Position numbers and translations under genes: made by a program
Part shown: positions 1 through 8,601 of the stretch, one piece after another
Layout of the letters: each line of letters starts with the position of its first letter
How positions within the stretch are numbered: the stretch's first letter is position 1
Notes under the pieces: generated by a model
What the model was told of the DNA's origin: nothing
Seen by the model: only the letters and a program-made list of their open reading frames with translations
The model's database searches: none
NCBI GenBank assembly: GCA_016793355.1
Contig: JAEUMG010000084.1
Coordinates: 24,376-88,375 of the forward strand
Reading direction: 5' to 3'
DNA: 64,000 nucleotides
From: Hyphomicrobiales bacterium
GTDB taxonomy: Bacteria; Pseudomonadota; Alphaproteobacteria; Rhizobiales; Aestuariivirgaceae

Positions 1-37
1 AGCGTGATGACCGAAATCTGCTGTTGCATCGGCACTG

Positions 38-1066
38 CTAGGCTTCCTTGTCGCTGACGCCGGCGCTTTCGAAAGTCGCCATGCCAGAATGGAGTTCGGC
101 AGCCGCCTTTACGAGTCCAGCGGCCAATGCAGCGCCAGAGGCTTCCCCGAGCCGCATGCCGAGATCGAGCAAGGGCTGCTTGTCGATACGCCTCAGAAGC
201 GCGCGGTGGGCCGGTTCGGCCGAACAATGTGCGGCGAGGCAATGATCGATCGCGGCTGGATTGGCGGCGTGCAGGATCGCCGCCGCCGCGGTTGCGACAT
301 AGCCATCGAGCAGGACCGGCACGCGGTTGTGGCGGGCCGCAAGAATTGCGCCCGTCATTGCCGCCTGTTCGCGGCCACCGACCCGGCGCAGGACTTCCAA
401 CGGATCGGCGAGACATGCCTTGTGGAACGCGATAGCCCGAGAGACCGCGTCGGCCTTGCGCTTCAAGCCTTCCGCGTCGACGCCGGTACCGGGTCCGACC
501 CAGTCTTCGGCCTTGCCACCATAAAGTGCATGACACATGGCCGCAGCGATCGTGGTATTGCCGATACCCATTTCGCCGATGCAGAGAAGATCGGCACCTT
601 CGGCGATCGCCTCCATGCCATAGGCCATGGTCGCCGCGCAGTCGGTCTCGCTCAAGGCCGCGTCCTGCGTGATGTCGGCTGTCGGCTTCTCCAGAGCGAG
701 TTCGAATACTTTGAGACCAAGCCCGAAGGTCCGGCAAATCTGGTTTATCGCAGCACCGCCTGCCTGGAAATTCGCAACCATCTGGGCGGTGACTTCCGGC
801 GGATAGGCGGCGACGCCCTGCTTCACGACACCATGATTGCCGGCGAAGACCGCAACCACGGGGCGCTCGATGCGTGGCGGATGGCGGCCCTGCCAGAGCG
901 CCAGCCATTCGGCTATCATTTCGAGCTGGCCGAGCGAGCCCGGCGGCTTGGTAAGCCGCGCGTCGCGAGCGCGAACGGCAGCGCCGGCCTCGCGATCGGG
1001 CTCCGGCAGGTCGCGCAGGAGCGCGCGGATATCGTCGAAGGGCTGTCCGGCAAGAGGCTTTTGCAT
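38..1066 (-). CDS. cobT: nicotinate-nucleotide--dimethylbenzimidazole phosphoribosyltransferase
   Basis: 342-aa ORF with LTKPPGSLGQLE and GEMGIGNTT motifs typical of CobT; divergent from cobS. Confidence 0.9.
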   Translation of the reverse strand: MQKPLAGQPFDDIRALLRDLPEPDREAGAAVRARDARLTKPPGSLGQLEMIAEWLALWQGRHPPRIERPVVAVFAGNHGVVKQGVAAYPPEVTAQMVANFQAGGAAINQICRTFGLGLKVFELALEKPTADITQDAALSETDCAATMAYGMEAIAEGADLLCIGEMGIGNTTIAAAMCHALYGGKAEDWVGPGTGVDAEGLKRKADAVSRAIAFHKACLADPLEVLRRVGGREQAAMTGAILAARHNRVPVLLDGYVATAAAAILHAANPAAIDHCLAAHCSAEPAHRALLRRIDKQPLLDLGMRLGEASGAALAAGLVKAAAELHSGMATFESAGVSDKEA

Positions 1067-1126
1067 GTACTATTCCGGCGATTGTCCGGGTGAGTTCTAA
1101 GCCGCCGACAGGGACAGGGAAGCGAC

Positions 1127-1933
1127 ATGAGCGACGAAGCATGGAAGCGAAGCGAACCGCAACCATGGCGGGAGCCGGGAGCGAAACTGGCTGCGAGCCT
1201 CGCTTTTCTGACGCGGCTGCCGATCTCGGCACCGCAGCGGCCGATGGCCCTGGTCGCCGCCATGCCGCTGTTTCCGGTCGCCGGCGCGCTGATCGGTGCA
1301 TTCACCGGCGTACTTGCGGCTTTCCTGGCCGATGGCGGCGTTGCTCCCCTTCTCGCAGCCTGCCTCGCCTTTGCAGCCACCCTGTGCCTGACCGGGGCCC
1401 TGCATGAGGACGGGCTTGCCGACACTGCCGACGGCTTCGGCGGCGGTACCACGCGGGAGCGCCGGCTTGAGCTCATGCGGGACAGCCATATTGGCACCTA
1501 CGGCACGTTGGCGCTGGTGGCGGCAGCGATTGCCAAGGTGACAGCGATCGGCGCGATCGTTCCGGCCCTCGGCTGGTGTGCGGTTCTCGTATTGGCGGCG
1601 ACCGGCGCGGGATCGCGGGCTGCCATGGTGTGGCTGATGGCCAAAACACCGCCAGCGCGGTCCGACGGCCTTTCGGCCTCGACGGGGCAGCCGGACGGGG
1701 AGACGCTCAAGTGGACAGCCGTCACGGGCTTGATGATCGCCCTGCTCCTGCTTTGGTGGACGGTTGGCTTCCTTGACGCGGCCTTCGCGCTGCTCGCCGG
1801 GGCCGCCGCGACGCTTGCGATGCAGAGGCTCGCGCTTCGCCAGATCGGCGGGCAGACCGGAGACGTCTGCGGCGCCACCCAGGTGGCGAGCGAGATCGCC
1901 ATTCTGGCGGCGGTGACTGCAAGCCTTCCTTAA
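1127..1933 (+). CDS. cobS: adenosylcobinamide-GDP ribazoletransferase (cobalamin synthase)
   Basis: 268-aa polytopic membrane ORF with LAFLTRLPI and HEDGLADTADGFGGG motifs; GGGACAGGGA Shine-Dalgarno-like run upstream of ATG at 1127. Confidence 0.85.
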   Translation: MSDEAWKRSEPQPWREPGAKLAASLAFLTRLPISAPQRPMALVAAMPLFPVAGALIGAFTGVLAAFLADGGVAPLLAACLAFAATLCLTGALHEDGLADTADGFGGGTTRERRLELMRDSHIGTYGTLALVAAAIAKVTAIGAIVPALGWCAVLVLAATGAGSRAAMVWLMAKTPPARSDGLSASTGQPDGETLKWTAVTGLMIALLLLWWTVGFLDAAFALLAGAAATLAMQRLALRQIGGQTGDVCGATQVASEIAILAAVTASLP

Positions 1934-1977
1934 GTTTTGCTGGCGATTGCTAGGGCTTTCGCCATGCGGAGGGGCCG

Positions 1978-2406
1978 ATGAAAATCAGCGCAACGCTCAC
2001 TTTCCTGTTCGCAATCCTTCCGCAGACGGCGTTTGCCGCCATGACCGAGATCAAAGCGGATGATCGCGGGCACTTCATCACCAGGGCCGAGATCGACGGT
2101 TCCGGCATTACAGTCATGGTGGATACGGGCGCTTCGGTCGTGGCGCTTTCCTATGAGGATGCAGACGATATCGGGCTGAGGCCCGCCTCGCTTACCTATG
2201 ACACGCCGGTGATGACCGCCAATGGCCAAATCAAAGCCGCGCGCGTGACGCTCCGGCGAGTCGAGATTGACGGGGTCCGGGTGCGGGACGTCGCCGGCAT
2301 GGTCTTGCCGGCCGGCAGCATGGACGGCTCGCTCCTGGGCATGAGCTTTCTATCGCATTTGCGCAGCTTTCGAATTGAAAACGGCATCTTGCGGCTGGAA
2401 GATTAA
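1978..2406 (+). CDS. retropepsin-like clan AA aspartic protease (TIGR02281-type), secreted/membrane anchored
   Basis: 142 aa; N-terminal signal/anchor; GHF...VDTGAS...TANG...LLGMSFL pattern typical of this family. Confidence 0.75.
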   Translation: MKISATLTFLFAILPQTAFAAMTEIKADDRGHFITRAEIDGSGITVMVDTGASVVALSYEDADDIGLRPASLTYDTPVMTANGQIKAARVTLRRVEIDGVRVRDVAGMVLPAGSMDGSLLGMSFLSHLRSFRIENGILRLED

Positions 2407-2476
2407 TGCCGCTTTGCGACCCAGGCATGCCGCTTGACGCCTGCAAACGGGCCGGGAGGATTTCTATCTTCAGGCC

Positions 2477-2710
2477 ATGAATGCCGTAATCCCGCTCGAA
2501 ATCGAAACACCGTGCATTAAGGTTTGCGTGGTCGACCCGGAAACCGGATTCTGCATCGGCTGCGGACGGACCCGCGACGAGATCGCTGGCTGGCTCGACT
2601 ATCGCCCGAGCGAACGACATCAGATCATGCAGACGTTGCCCGAGCGGGTGGCAACCCTCACCCTGCGCAAACGGCGCAAAGGCGGCCGACGCGGCAGGCT
2701 CGGCGAGTGA
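2477..2710 (+). CDS. DUF1289 domain protein (Cys-rich small protein)
   Basis: 77 aa; [28 protein letters not shown] matches the DUF1289 CxxC...CxGCxRT pattern. Confidence 0.75.
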   Translation: MNAVIPLEIETPCIKVCVVDPETGFCIGCGRTRDEIAGWLDYRPSERHQIMQTLPERVATLTLRKRRKGGRRGRLGE

Positions 2711-2734
2711 CCGAGCGGGAAGCGGGTTCGCAGC

Positions 2735-2850
2735 ATGGGGCAAACGCTCGAACTCAAACACTATCTCAAGCGGATCGGCTATGACGGCTCGCCGGGCATC
2801 GATTACGACACCCTGCGCGCTGTGCATCATCTTCAAAGTGACGCGATCGC
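2735..2850 (+). pseudogene. arylamine N-acetyltransferase N-terminal remnant
   Basis: The first ~38 codons (LELKHYLKRIGYDGSPGIDYDTLRAVHHLQSDAI) resemble the conserved NAT N-terminus. The rest of the 321-aa ORF is antisense to the 2966-4048 gene and looks non-coding. Confidence 0.4.
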
Positions 2851-2965
2851 CTGGAGCGTTTCTCGGCGAAGCGGAATCGTTTCGCCGATAAGGAAACGCG
2901 CCAAAACCAAATCGACTGGCGCATATCGTTATCGCCAAAGTGCGCACAGTTTGGCGGGCTACGCG

Positions 2966-4048
2966 CTAGAACCCGTCGGCGCAGCGCGACGTCGCGATCC
3001 ATCCCGAAAGCCGGGCGGGCGCTACTATCGCGGCACTGACATCGTAACAGGCAGCCTCGGCGCTAAGCGGCGTTGCCAGCAGGTCGTCGGGAGCGCGCGT
3101 GCCGGCGACTGGAACGAAGATGGCATCGCCCGCCCCGGCACGGCCGTCCTTGATCGAAGCCGGCTCGATGCTACTCACCGTCTCGCCGATCGCCGCGCAA
3201 TCATAGCCGCCGCGCGAGCCGAGAATGCGGATGCTCCGCTCGCCCTCTTCGCGCTGGCGGATATCGATCACACGCAGTTCGACATCATGATCGCGCAGCC
3301 GGTCGAGACAGGCGCGGATGGAAGGTGCATGTTCGCGGAGATTCTCGGACCAATGAGGATCACGGCCCGTAAGCGCAATCAGATCGGTCGTCTCGCGCAG
3401 GGTGAGCGCCGCCTCGCAAGCGACGATGCTACCCTTTGCCGCCCCGACCATCGGCGACAGCGCGCGCACCGCGCAGGCCGCGGTGCGATAGTCACGAAAG
3501 GCTTCGGCGGCCTTGTTCGCCGAAGCACCGCCATCGGGGCCAGTCGCCTGGATGTTGACGGTCGCGAGCGAAAGCTCGAACGCCTCGGCAAACAGCGAAT
3601 AGCCGACATCGGCGGCAGCGAGGAAGGAATCAAGACAGGCTTCCTTACGCTTCGCCCTTTCTCCCGATGTGCAGGTCCGGGCGGGATCCGGCGGCAGTGA
3701 CGGCCCCGCCATCAGCCGCCACAGCAGGGTCAAGGCATCGAGGCGGCGCTCAATGCGGCGGGTGAGACAGGGCTTGGGATCGGCGGCACCGCGGCAGGTG
3801 TCGAGCGTTGCGATCCAATCTTCCTGTGCGGTCTGGATCAGGCCGCCCAGAGTTTTCTTCCGGGTCGCCCCGATGACCTGGGCAAGTCGCGAAGCGAGAC
3901 GCTGGTCCAGGTCGCGCAGATCGGGATCGGCGCAGATGCGGTCGCCGGCCCAGTCATCCGCGACGCAATCGACGGTTTGCGCCATACCGGGAACCGCGAA
4001 CAGGCACAAGGAAACGATCAGTATACAGAGGACTCTGTCTGCTTTCAT
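2966..4048 (-). CDS. secreted protein with DUF1311/LprI-like Cys-containing repeats
   Basis: Start taken at internal ATG (MKADRVLCILIVSLCLFAVPGMAQ signal peptide). Contains ICADPDLRDLDQRL...QEDWI...CL pattern. ATGA overlap with the dusA stop at 4045-4048. Confidence 0.65.
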   Translation of the reverse strand: MKADRVLCILIVSLCLFAVPGMAQTVDCVADDWAGDRICADPDLRDLDQRLASRLAQVIGATRKKTLGGLIQTAQEDWIATLDTCRGAADPKPCLTRRIERRLDALTLLWRLMAGPSLPPDPARTCTSGERAKRKEACLDSFLAAADVGYSLFAEAFELSLATVNIQATGPDGGASANKAAEAFRDYRTAACAVRALSPMVGAAKGSIVACEAALTLRETTDLIALTGRDPHWSENLREHAPSIRACLDRLRDHDVELRVIDIRQREEGERSIRILGSRGGYDCAAIGETVSSIEPASIKDGRAGAGDAIFVPVAGTRAPDDLLATPLSAEAACYDVSAAIVAPARLSGWIATSRCADGF

Positions 4049-5052
4049 TCTGCGGCAAGCGCCCATGCCGGGCGCTCGACGCAGGCAAGCGCCCGGTCGA
4101 GGACTTCCAGACCGGCACCCTTCCGCGTCGATCCCTCCGAAAGCACGCGCCGCCACAGGCGGCCGCCGGGTTCGCCGTGATAGAGTCCGAGCATGTGGCG
4201 GGTAATCCGCGACAGCCAGGTTCCGCGCGCCAGTTCTTCGGCGATGTAGGGCCGCATGCGAGAAACGGCCTCGGCGCGGGTCGCGACTCGGGGTTGCTCG
4301 CCGAAAACGTCGCGATCGACGGCGGCGAGGAGCCAAGGCTGCTGGTAGGCGGTGCGGCCAAGCATGACGCCGTCCACAATTTCTAGGTGTTTTTTCACGG
4401 AATTGTGATTTGAAATCCCACCATTGATGATTATATTCAACTCACGATGAATAGACTTAAGGCGATATACGCGGTCATAGTCCAAGGGTGGAATCTCGCG
4501 GTTCTCCTTTGGCGACAAGCCTTTAAGCCAGGCCTTTCGGGCATGGACGATGAAGGTACGGCAGCCCGTCGCCGCCACGGCCGAGACGAAACGCTCAAGC
4601 GCCGCTTCGCTGTCCTGGTCGTCAATGCCGATCCGGCACTTGACGGTGACGGGGATGCGCACCGCCGCCTGCATGACGGCGATGCAGTCGGCGACGAGCT
4701 CCGGCTCGGCCATCAGGCAGGCGCCAAACCTGCCCTCCTGAACCCGATCGGAAGGGCAGCCGACATTGAGATTGACCTCAGCATAGCCGAAATCCTCGCC
4801 CCAGCGCGCCGCATCGGCCAGCAGGCGGGGATCGGAGCCGCCGAGCTGCAGGGCCACCGGCGCCTCGCGAGGATCGAAGCCCAGAAGTCGGTTGCGATCG
4901 CCATGGCGCACCGCCTGGGCCGTCACCATCTCGGTGTAGAGCAGCGCGCGCGCCGTCAACTGGCGATGGAAGAAGCGGCAATGCCGATCCGTCCAGTCCA
5001 TCATGGGTGCGACACAAAACCTGTGCGCGGAAGTTTGCGCTGCCGCGGTCAT
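4045..5052 (-). CDS. dusA: tRNA dihydrouridine(20/20a) synthase
   Basis: 335 aa; FCVAPMMDWTDRHCRFF and VNLNVGCP motifs typical of DusA. Confidence 0.9.
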   Translation of the reverse strand: MTAAAQTSAHRFCVAPMMDWTDRHCRFFHRQLTARALLYTEMVTAQAVRHGDRNRLLGFDPREAPVALQLGGSDPRLLADAARWGEDFGYAEVNLNVGCPSDRVQEGRFGACLMAEPELVADCIAVMQAAVRIPVTVKCRIGIDDQDSEAALERFVSAVAATGCRTFIVHARKAWLKGLSPKENREIPPLDYDRVYRLKSIHRELNIIINGGISNHNSVKKHLEIVDGVMLGRTAYQQPWLLAAVDRDVFGEQPRVATRAEAVSRMRPYIAEELARGTWLSRITRHMLGLYHGEPGGRLWRRVLSEGSTRKGAGLEVLDRALACVERPAWALAAE

Positions 5053-5217
5053 CCTGCCTTTTACTCTCGATCTGACGCACCTGCGCGCGCAGACCTTTCT
5101 GAATTCGGGTCTTATAGGCCGTTGACCGTCGCAGGCTCAATTGGAAAAGGTATGAAAAGCAAGAGGTTTCGGTTCCAGTGAATGGTCTCAAAATCGCACA
5201 TCGACGGAATCGCTCAA

Positions 5218-6084
5218 TCAAAAGCCATAGAGCCGCGCCGGATTATCAACGAGCACACGCCTGCGCATATCCTCATCCGGAATCCAGTCGAGCAGGTGAT
5301 CCATGAGATCGCCGTCATTCGGCATGGGCACCCTTATCTGCGGATGCGGCCAGTCTGATCCCCAGACACACTGATCCGGAGCGGCGCCGACAAGTGCCTT
5401 GGCCAATGGCGCAACATCGGAGTATGGCGGATGGCTCATTCGCGTCAGGCGATAGGGTGCCGAAAGCTTGACCCAGCAACGCCGCTCGCGAAGCAAGGCC
5501 AGCAGCGTTTGGAAGCCAGCATTCCCGGCGCCCAGATCGGCAGGCACATGCCCCATATGGTCGATCACAACCGGAGCGGGCAAATCTCCGACCAATGCTG
5601 AAAAGCCGTCAAACGCCGACACGTCAAGCAAGAGCTGGATATGCCAGCCGAGCCGCCGGATACGCCGGCCAAGCTCCCATGCCTCATTCAACGCAGCGCC
5701 GCCGCCAAACAGAACATTGAAGCGTAGGCCTCGGACGCCGAGCGCATGCAAGCGGTCCAATTCGTCATCGCCGCATTGCGGATGCACAACCGCGACACCG
5801 CGAAAATCCGGGCCGGCCCGGCCAAGCGCATCGATAAGACAATCTGTGCCAAAGCCATAGACACTCGGCTGAACCAGGACACCGCGCTTGACGCCTAGTA
5901 TGCCAAGAACGCGCCGATAGTCGGGCAGGCTTGCGTCGGGGGGCGTGTAGTTGCGGCCTGGTGCGTAAGGGTATTTCTGAGCGGGGCCGAAAATATGAGC
6001 ATGGCAATCGACCGCGTTGTCGGGAACGCGAAAGCGCGGAGCGCGCGGGTTCGGATCTGCTGAAGCGCACAAGGGCAAGAGCAA
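5218..6084 (-). CDS. Amidohydrolase_2 family hydrolase (LigI/sugar-lactonase-like)
   Basis: 288 aa; CHAHIFGP...YPY...YTPPDA N-terminal pattern and C-terminal WGSDWPHP typical of this lactonase-type amidohydrolase clade; start uncertain. Confidence 0.75.
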   Translation of the reverse strand: MLLPLCASADPNPRAPRFRVPDNAVDCHAHIFGPAQKYPYAPGRNYTPPDASLPDYRRVLGILGVKRGVLVQPSVYGFGTDCLIDALGRAGPDFRGVAVVHPQCGDDELDRLHALGVRGLRFNVLFGGGAALNEAWELGRRIRRLGWHIQLLLDVSAFDGFSALVGDLPAPVVIDHMGHVPADLGAGNAGFQTLLALLRERRCWVKLSAPYRLTRMSHPPYSDVAPLAKALVGAAPDQCVWGSDWPHPQIRVPMPNDGDLMDHLLDWIPDEDMRRRVLVDNPARLYGF

Positions 6085-6096
6085 ACTATCCGTGGC

Positions 6097-7035
6097 TCAT
6101 ATCTCGTAGTTCAGGCGAAAGCCCGGCGCGTCCCATTTCATGGAGACCAGCTTTCCGGTCCCGGACAGCGTGATGTAGGCGGTCTGGTAATCAGGACCAC
6201 CAAAGCAAATGTTCGTTGGTATGGCCTCCGGCATTGGGACTTCCCTGACAACCTCGCCTTCCGGCGAAATGACGGTGATCTGCGGCTTGTCCCAGATCGT
6301 GCCAATGCAGATGCGGCCGGCGGAATCGACGGCGAGGCTGTCAAATCCCTGGAAGCCCGGAAGCCCGCACAGCAAGCGCCCGCCATTCAAAGAGTGGGGA
6401 AACTTGATTTTCTTCACCACGCCGGGACTCAGTGTCTCGTAGGCCCACAATCGTGACGGCTCCAACTCGACCGCGTAAAACGTCTTGCCGTCCGGCGACA
6501 AGCCGCAGCCATTCGGACCCGACACGGGGTAAGCAACCTCGACGATCCTGGAGCCGTCGGCCTTGGCATAATAGAGCCCGCCATTGTCGCGATCGCGCTT
6601 TCGGATTTTCCCGAGATCGGTGAAGTAAAAGCCACCATGGCGATCGAAGACGAGATCGTTCGGTCCGCACAGGGGATTGCCGTCACAGGAATCGTAGAGA
6701 GCCGTTATCTTGCCGGTCGCCGGATCGACGCGCTCGATACGGCCGCCGGAATAGTCCTTCGCCTGGCTCACCGGAACCAGGAGGCCGCCGATTTCCTCCC
6801 AGTCGAACCCGCCGCTGTTGCACACGTAAAATGCCCCGTCGGGGCCGACGGCCAGCCCATTGGGACCGCCGGTGTGCTGTGAAATCACCTCGACTTTCCC
6901 GTCGGGACTTACCAGGCTGACGGTCTTTCGTTCGATTTCGACGAGTGCGACAGATCCGTTTTTCAACCAGACGGGTCCCTCGGGAAATCGCAATCCATCC
7001 GCGACCAGCGTCAGTTCCGGAAGCTTCATGTCCAT
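6097..7035 (-). CDS. SMP-30/gluconolactonase/LRE family protein
   Basis: 312 aa; FPEGPVW motif and repeated GPNG/PDG propeller blades. Confidence 0.8.
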   Translation of the reverse strand: MDMKLPELTLVADGLRFPEGPVWLKNGSVALVEIERKTVSLVSPDGKVEVISQHTGGPNGLAVGPDGAFYVCNSGGFDWEEIGGLLVPVSQAKDYSGGRIERVDPATGKITALYDSCDGNPLCGPNDLVFDRHGGFYFTDLGKIRKRDRDNGGLYYAKADGSRIVEVAYPVSGPNGCGLSPDGKTFYAVELEPSRLWAYETLSPGVVKKIKFPHSLNGGRLLCGLPGFQGFDSLAVDSAGRICIGTIWDKPQITVISPEGEVVREVPMPEAIPTNICFGGPDYQTAYITLSGTGKLVSMKWDAPGFRLNYEI

Positions 7036-7041
7036 CTCGAT

Positions 7042-7722
7042 CTAATTGCTGTGGATGACCTGGGCGACCTTCGCCTCATTGCCGGGAGCGTGCCCGTATC
7101 GTGCATGGCTCATCTGCTCCAAAACCTTCGCCATCTCCTGATCGGACAGCAGGATCGGCTCCCCCATGCTGCGAGCCTGGATATAATTGCGCGCCAGGAT
7201 CTCCACCTCCACGGCAAGCCTGAACGCCTGTTCCATGTCGCGACCGATCGCTATCTGACCATGATTGGCCAGAAGGCAGGCATCGCGCCCTTCCAGAGCC
7301 TTCAGCGCGTTTTCAGAAAGCTCCTGCGTGCCATAGGCTGCATATTTCGCACATCGGATGGTCGTTCCGCCCGCCAAGGCGACGAGGTAGTGATAGGGCA
7401 GGATATCGCGACGGTGACACGAATAGGATGTCGCATAAGTCGAATGGCAATGAAGTACGGAATGCCGATCGGGACGCGCCTTCAGAATGTCGAGATGAAA
7501 ACGCCACTCGGTAGACGGCTTTCGCCTTCCCGAATGGGTTCCGTCGAAGTTCATTTCGACAATGTCGTCGGGCTCCATAAGCTCATATCGAAGGCTCGTG
7601 GGCGTGATCAGGAAGCCGTCGCCGTTGCGGACTGACAAGTTTCCGGACGTTCCCTGATTGATGCCAGACGCGTTCATTCGCCTGCAAACTTCGATCATGT
7701 GTTTGCGAAGCTCCGACGTCAC
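7042..7722 (-). CDS. class II aldolase/adducin family protein (OtnC/FucA-like)
   Basis: 226 aa; GTSGNLSVR phosphate-binding motif and HCHSTYAT metal-His motif. Confidence 0.8.
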   Translation of the reverse strand: MTSELRKHMIEVCRRMNASGINQGTSGNLSVRNGDGFLITPTSLRYELMEPDDIVEMNFDGTHSGRRKPSTEWRFHLDILKARPDRHSVLHCHSTYATSYSCHRRDILPYHYLVALAGGTTIRCAKYAAYGTQELSENALKALEGRDACLLANHGQIAIGRDMEQAFRLAVEVEILARNYIQARSMGEPILLSDQEMAKVLEQMSHARYGHAPGNEAKVAQVIHSN

Positions 7723-7741
7723 GGCAACAGGTTCCTTTGTT

Positions 7742-8491
7742 TCAGTGGCTCGCTCGATTCATGGATGAGGCATCGCCCTCGCCTTCCAGGCTCGCTATGC
7801 GCATCGAAAGCATCGTCCGGTTCGAGACGTCCAGTTTGCGAAATACGCTCAACAGATGCGTTTTGACCGTGCCCAATCCTATCCCCAAATCTTCGGCGAT
7901 ATCCTGATTGGTCAAGCCCACGCCTATCAGATTGGCGATCTCAACTTCCCTGTGAGTCAGTCCGTAAACCCTTCGCAGCCGCTTCTGACGCTGATACTCG
8001 CGCTGCTGCGGATGGCGCGAGAGATTGTACTCCAGATAGGGCTGCATCGCCCAACCGACCCGCAGATCTTCGCTGGTGATCGGCGGATCGTCGAGGGATT
8101 TCATGATGCCCAAGCCGGCAAACGCCTCGTCGCCATTCCAGAAGACGAAGTCCATGACATCGCAAAAGCCGCTGTGCTGCATGAACACGCTGTAGCGCTC
8201 GAATTCATTGTCCGGCGCGAGGTCGCGATCGTTGCCGATGGTCGCGACGCGTTTGCGGGACGAGACAAGCCGCTCCACATTGAGCGGGTCATAGGGTTTC
8301 ATATCGCGCAAATAGTGATTGACGCTTTGCGCGCAGGGGCCAAAGGCATCGATGACGCGCATTCTGGTGCCGTCTTCGATCCAATAGAGAATTGTCGACT
8401 TGGCCTGGAAAGTGCCGAGCGCGACCGTGCGTATCTGCTCGCATTGATGGTCTGTGGCCGTTGCCTGCCGCCGTTGCACCGTGGGAGTCAT
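7742..8491 (-). CDS. LuxR/GerE-family transcriptional regulator with uncharacterised N-terminal domain
   Basis: C-terminal LTHREVEIANLIGVGLTNQDIAEDLGIGLGTVKTHL HTH; start placed at ATG 8491, which has GGAG 8 nt upstream (ORF extends to 8587). Confidence 0.7.
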   Translation of the reverse strand: MTPTVQRRQATATDHQCEQIRTVALGTFQAKSTILYWIEDGTRMRVIDAFGPCAQSVNHYLRDMKPYDPLNVERLVSSRKRVATIGNDRDLAPDNEFERYSVFMQHSGFCDVMDFVFWNGDEAFAGLGIMKSLDDPPITSEDLRVGWAMQPYLEYNLSRHPQQREYQRQKRLRRVYGLTHREVEIANLIGVGLTNQDIAEDLGIGLGTVKTHLLSVFRKLDVSNRTMLSMRIASLEGEGDASSMNRASH

Positions 8492-8601
8492 GGTCCATCT
8501 CCACTGCCGCCGCGGGCCTTGTTCCGACCCGATCATCCAGCTTGACTCCGGAGGACCACCCTCACAAGAGGAAACGCGCGGAAACAAAGCGAGGGCGTCA
8601 C

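Noticed and set aside
89-1093. 334-aa + strand ORF (with nested 127-435, 327-524 and 837-1100 ORFs) opposite cobT
   Set aside because: Antisense shadow ORFs in GC-rich DNA. They are Arg/Gly/Ala-rich with no recognisable motifs, while the minus-strand frame gives a textbook CobT.
1067-1126. Possible cobalamin riboswitch between cobT and cobS
   Set aside because: The divergent intergenic region is only ~60 bp, far too short for a B12 element, and no B12-box-like sequence was seen.
2851-3700. Remainder of the 321-aa ORF that begins with the NAT-like stub; also an oddly familiar RLERFSAKRNRFADKETRQNQ translation in another frame near 2845-2910
   Set aside because: The long ORF is antisense to the DUF1311 gene. 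The short peptide-like string resembles pseudo-ORFs I associate with rhizobial intergenic repeats, but I cannot substantiate it without a search.
5053-5217. dusA 5'-end integrative element (dusA-specific integrase island)
   Set aside because: No integrase, excisionase or duplicated dusA 5' fragment is visible. The adjacent genes are ordinary catabolic genes on the same strand.
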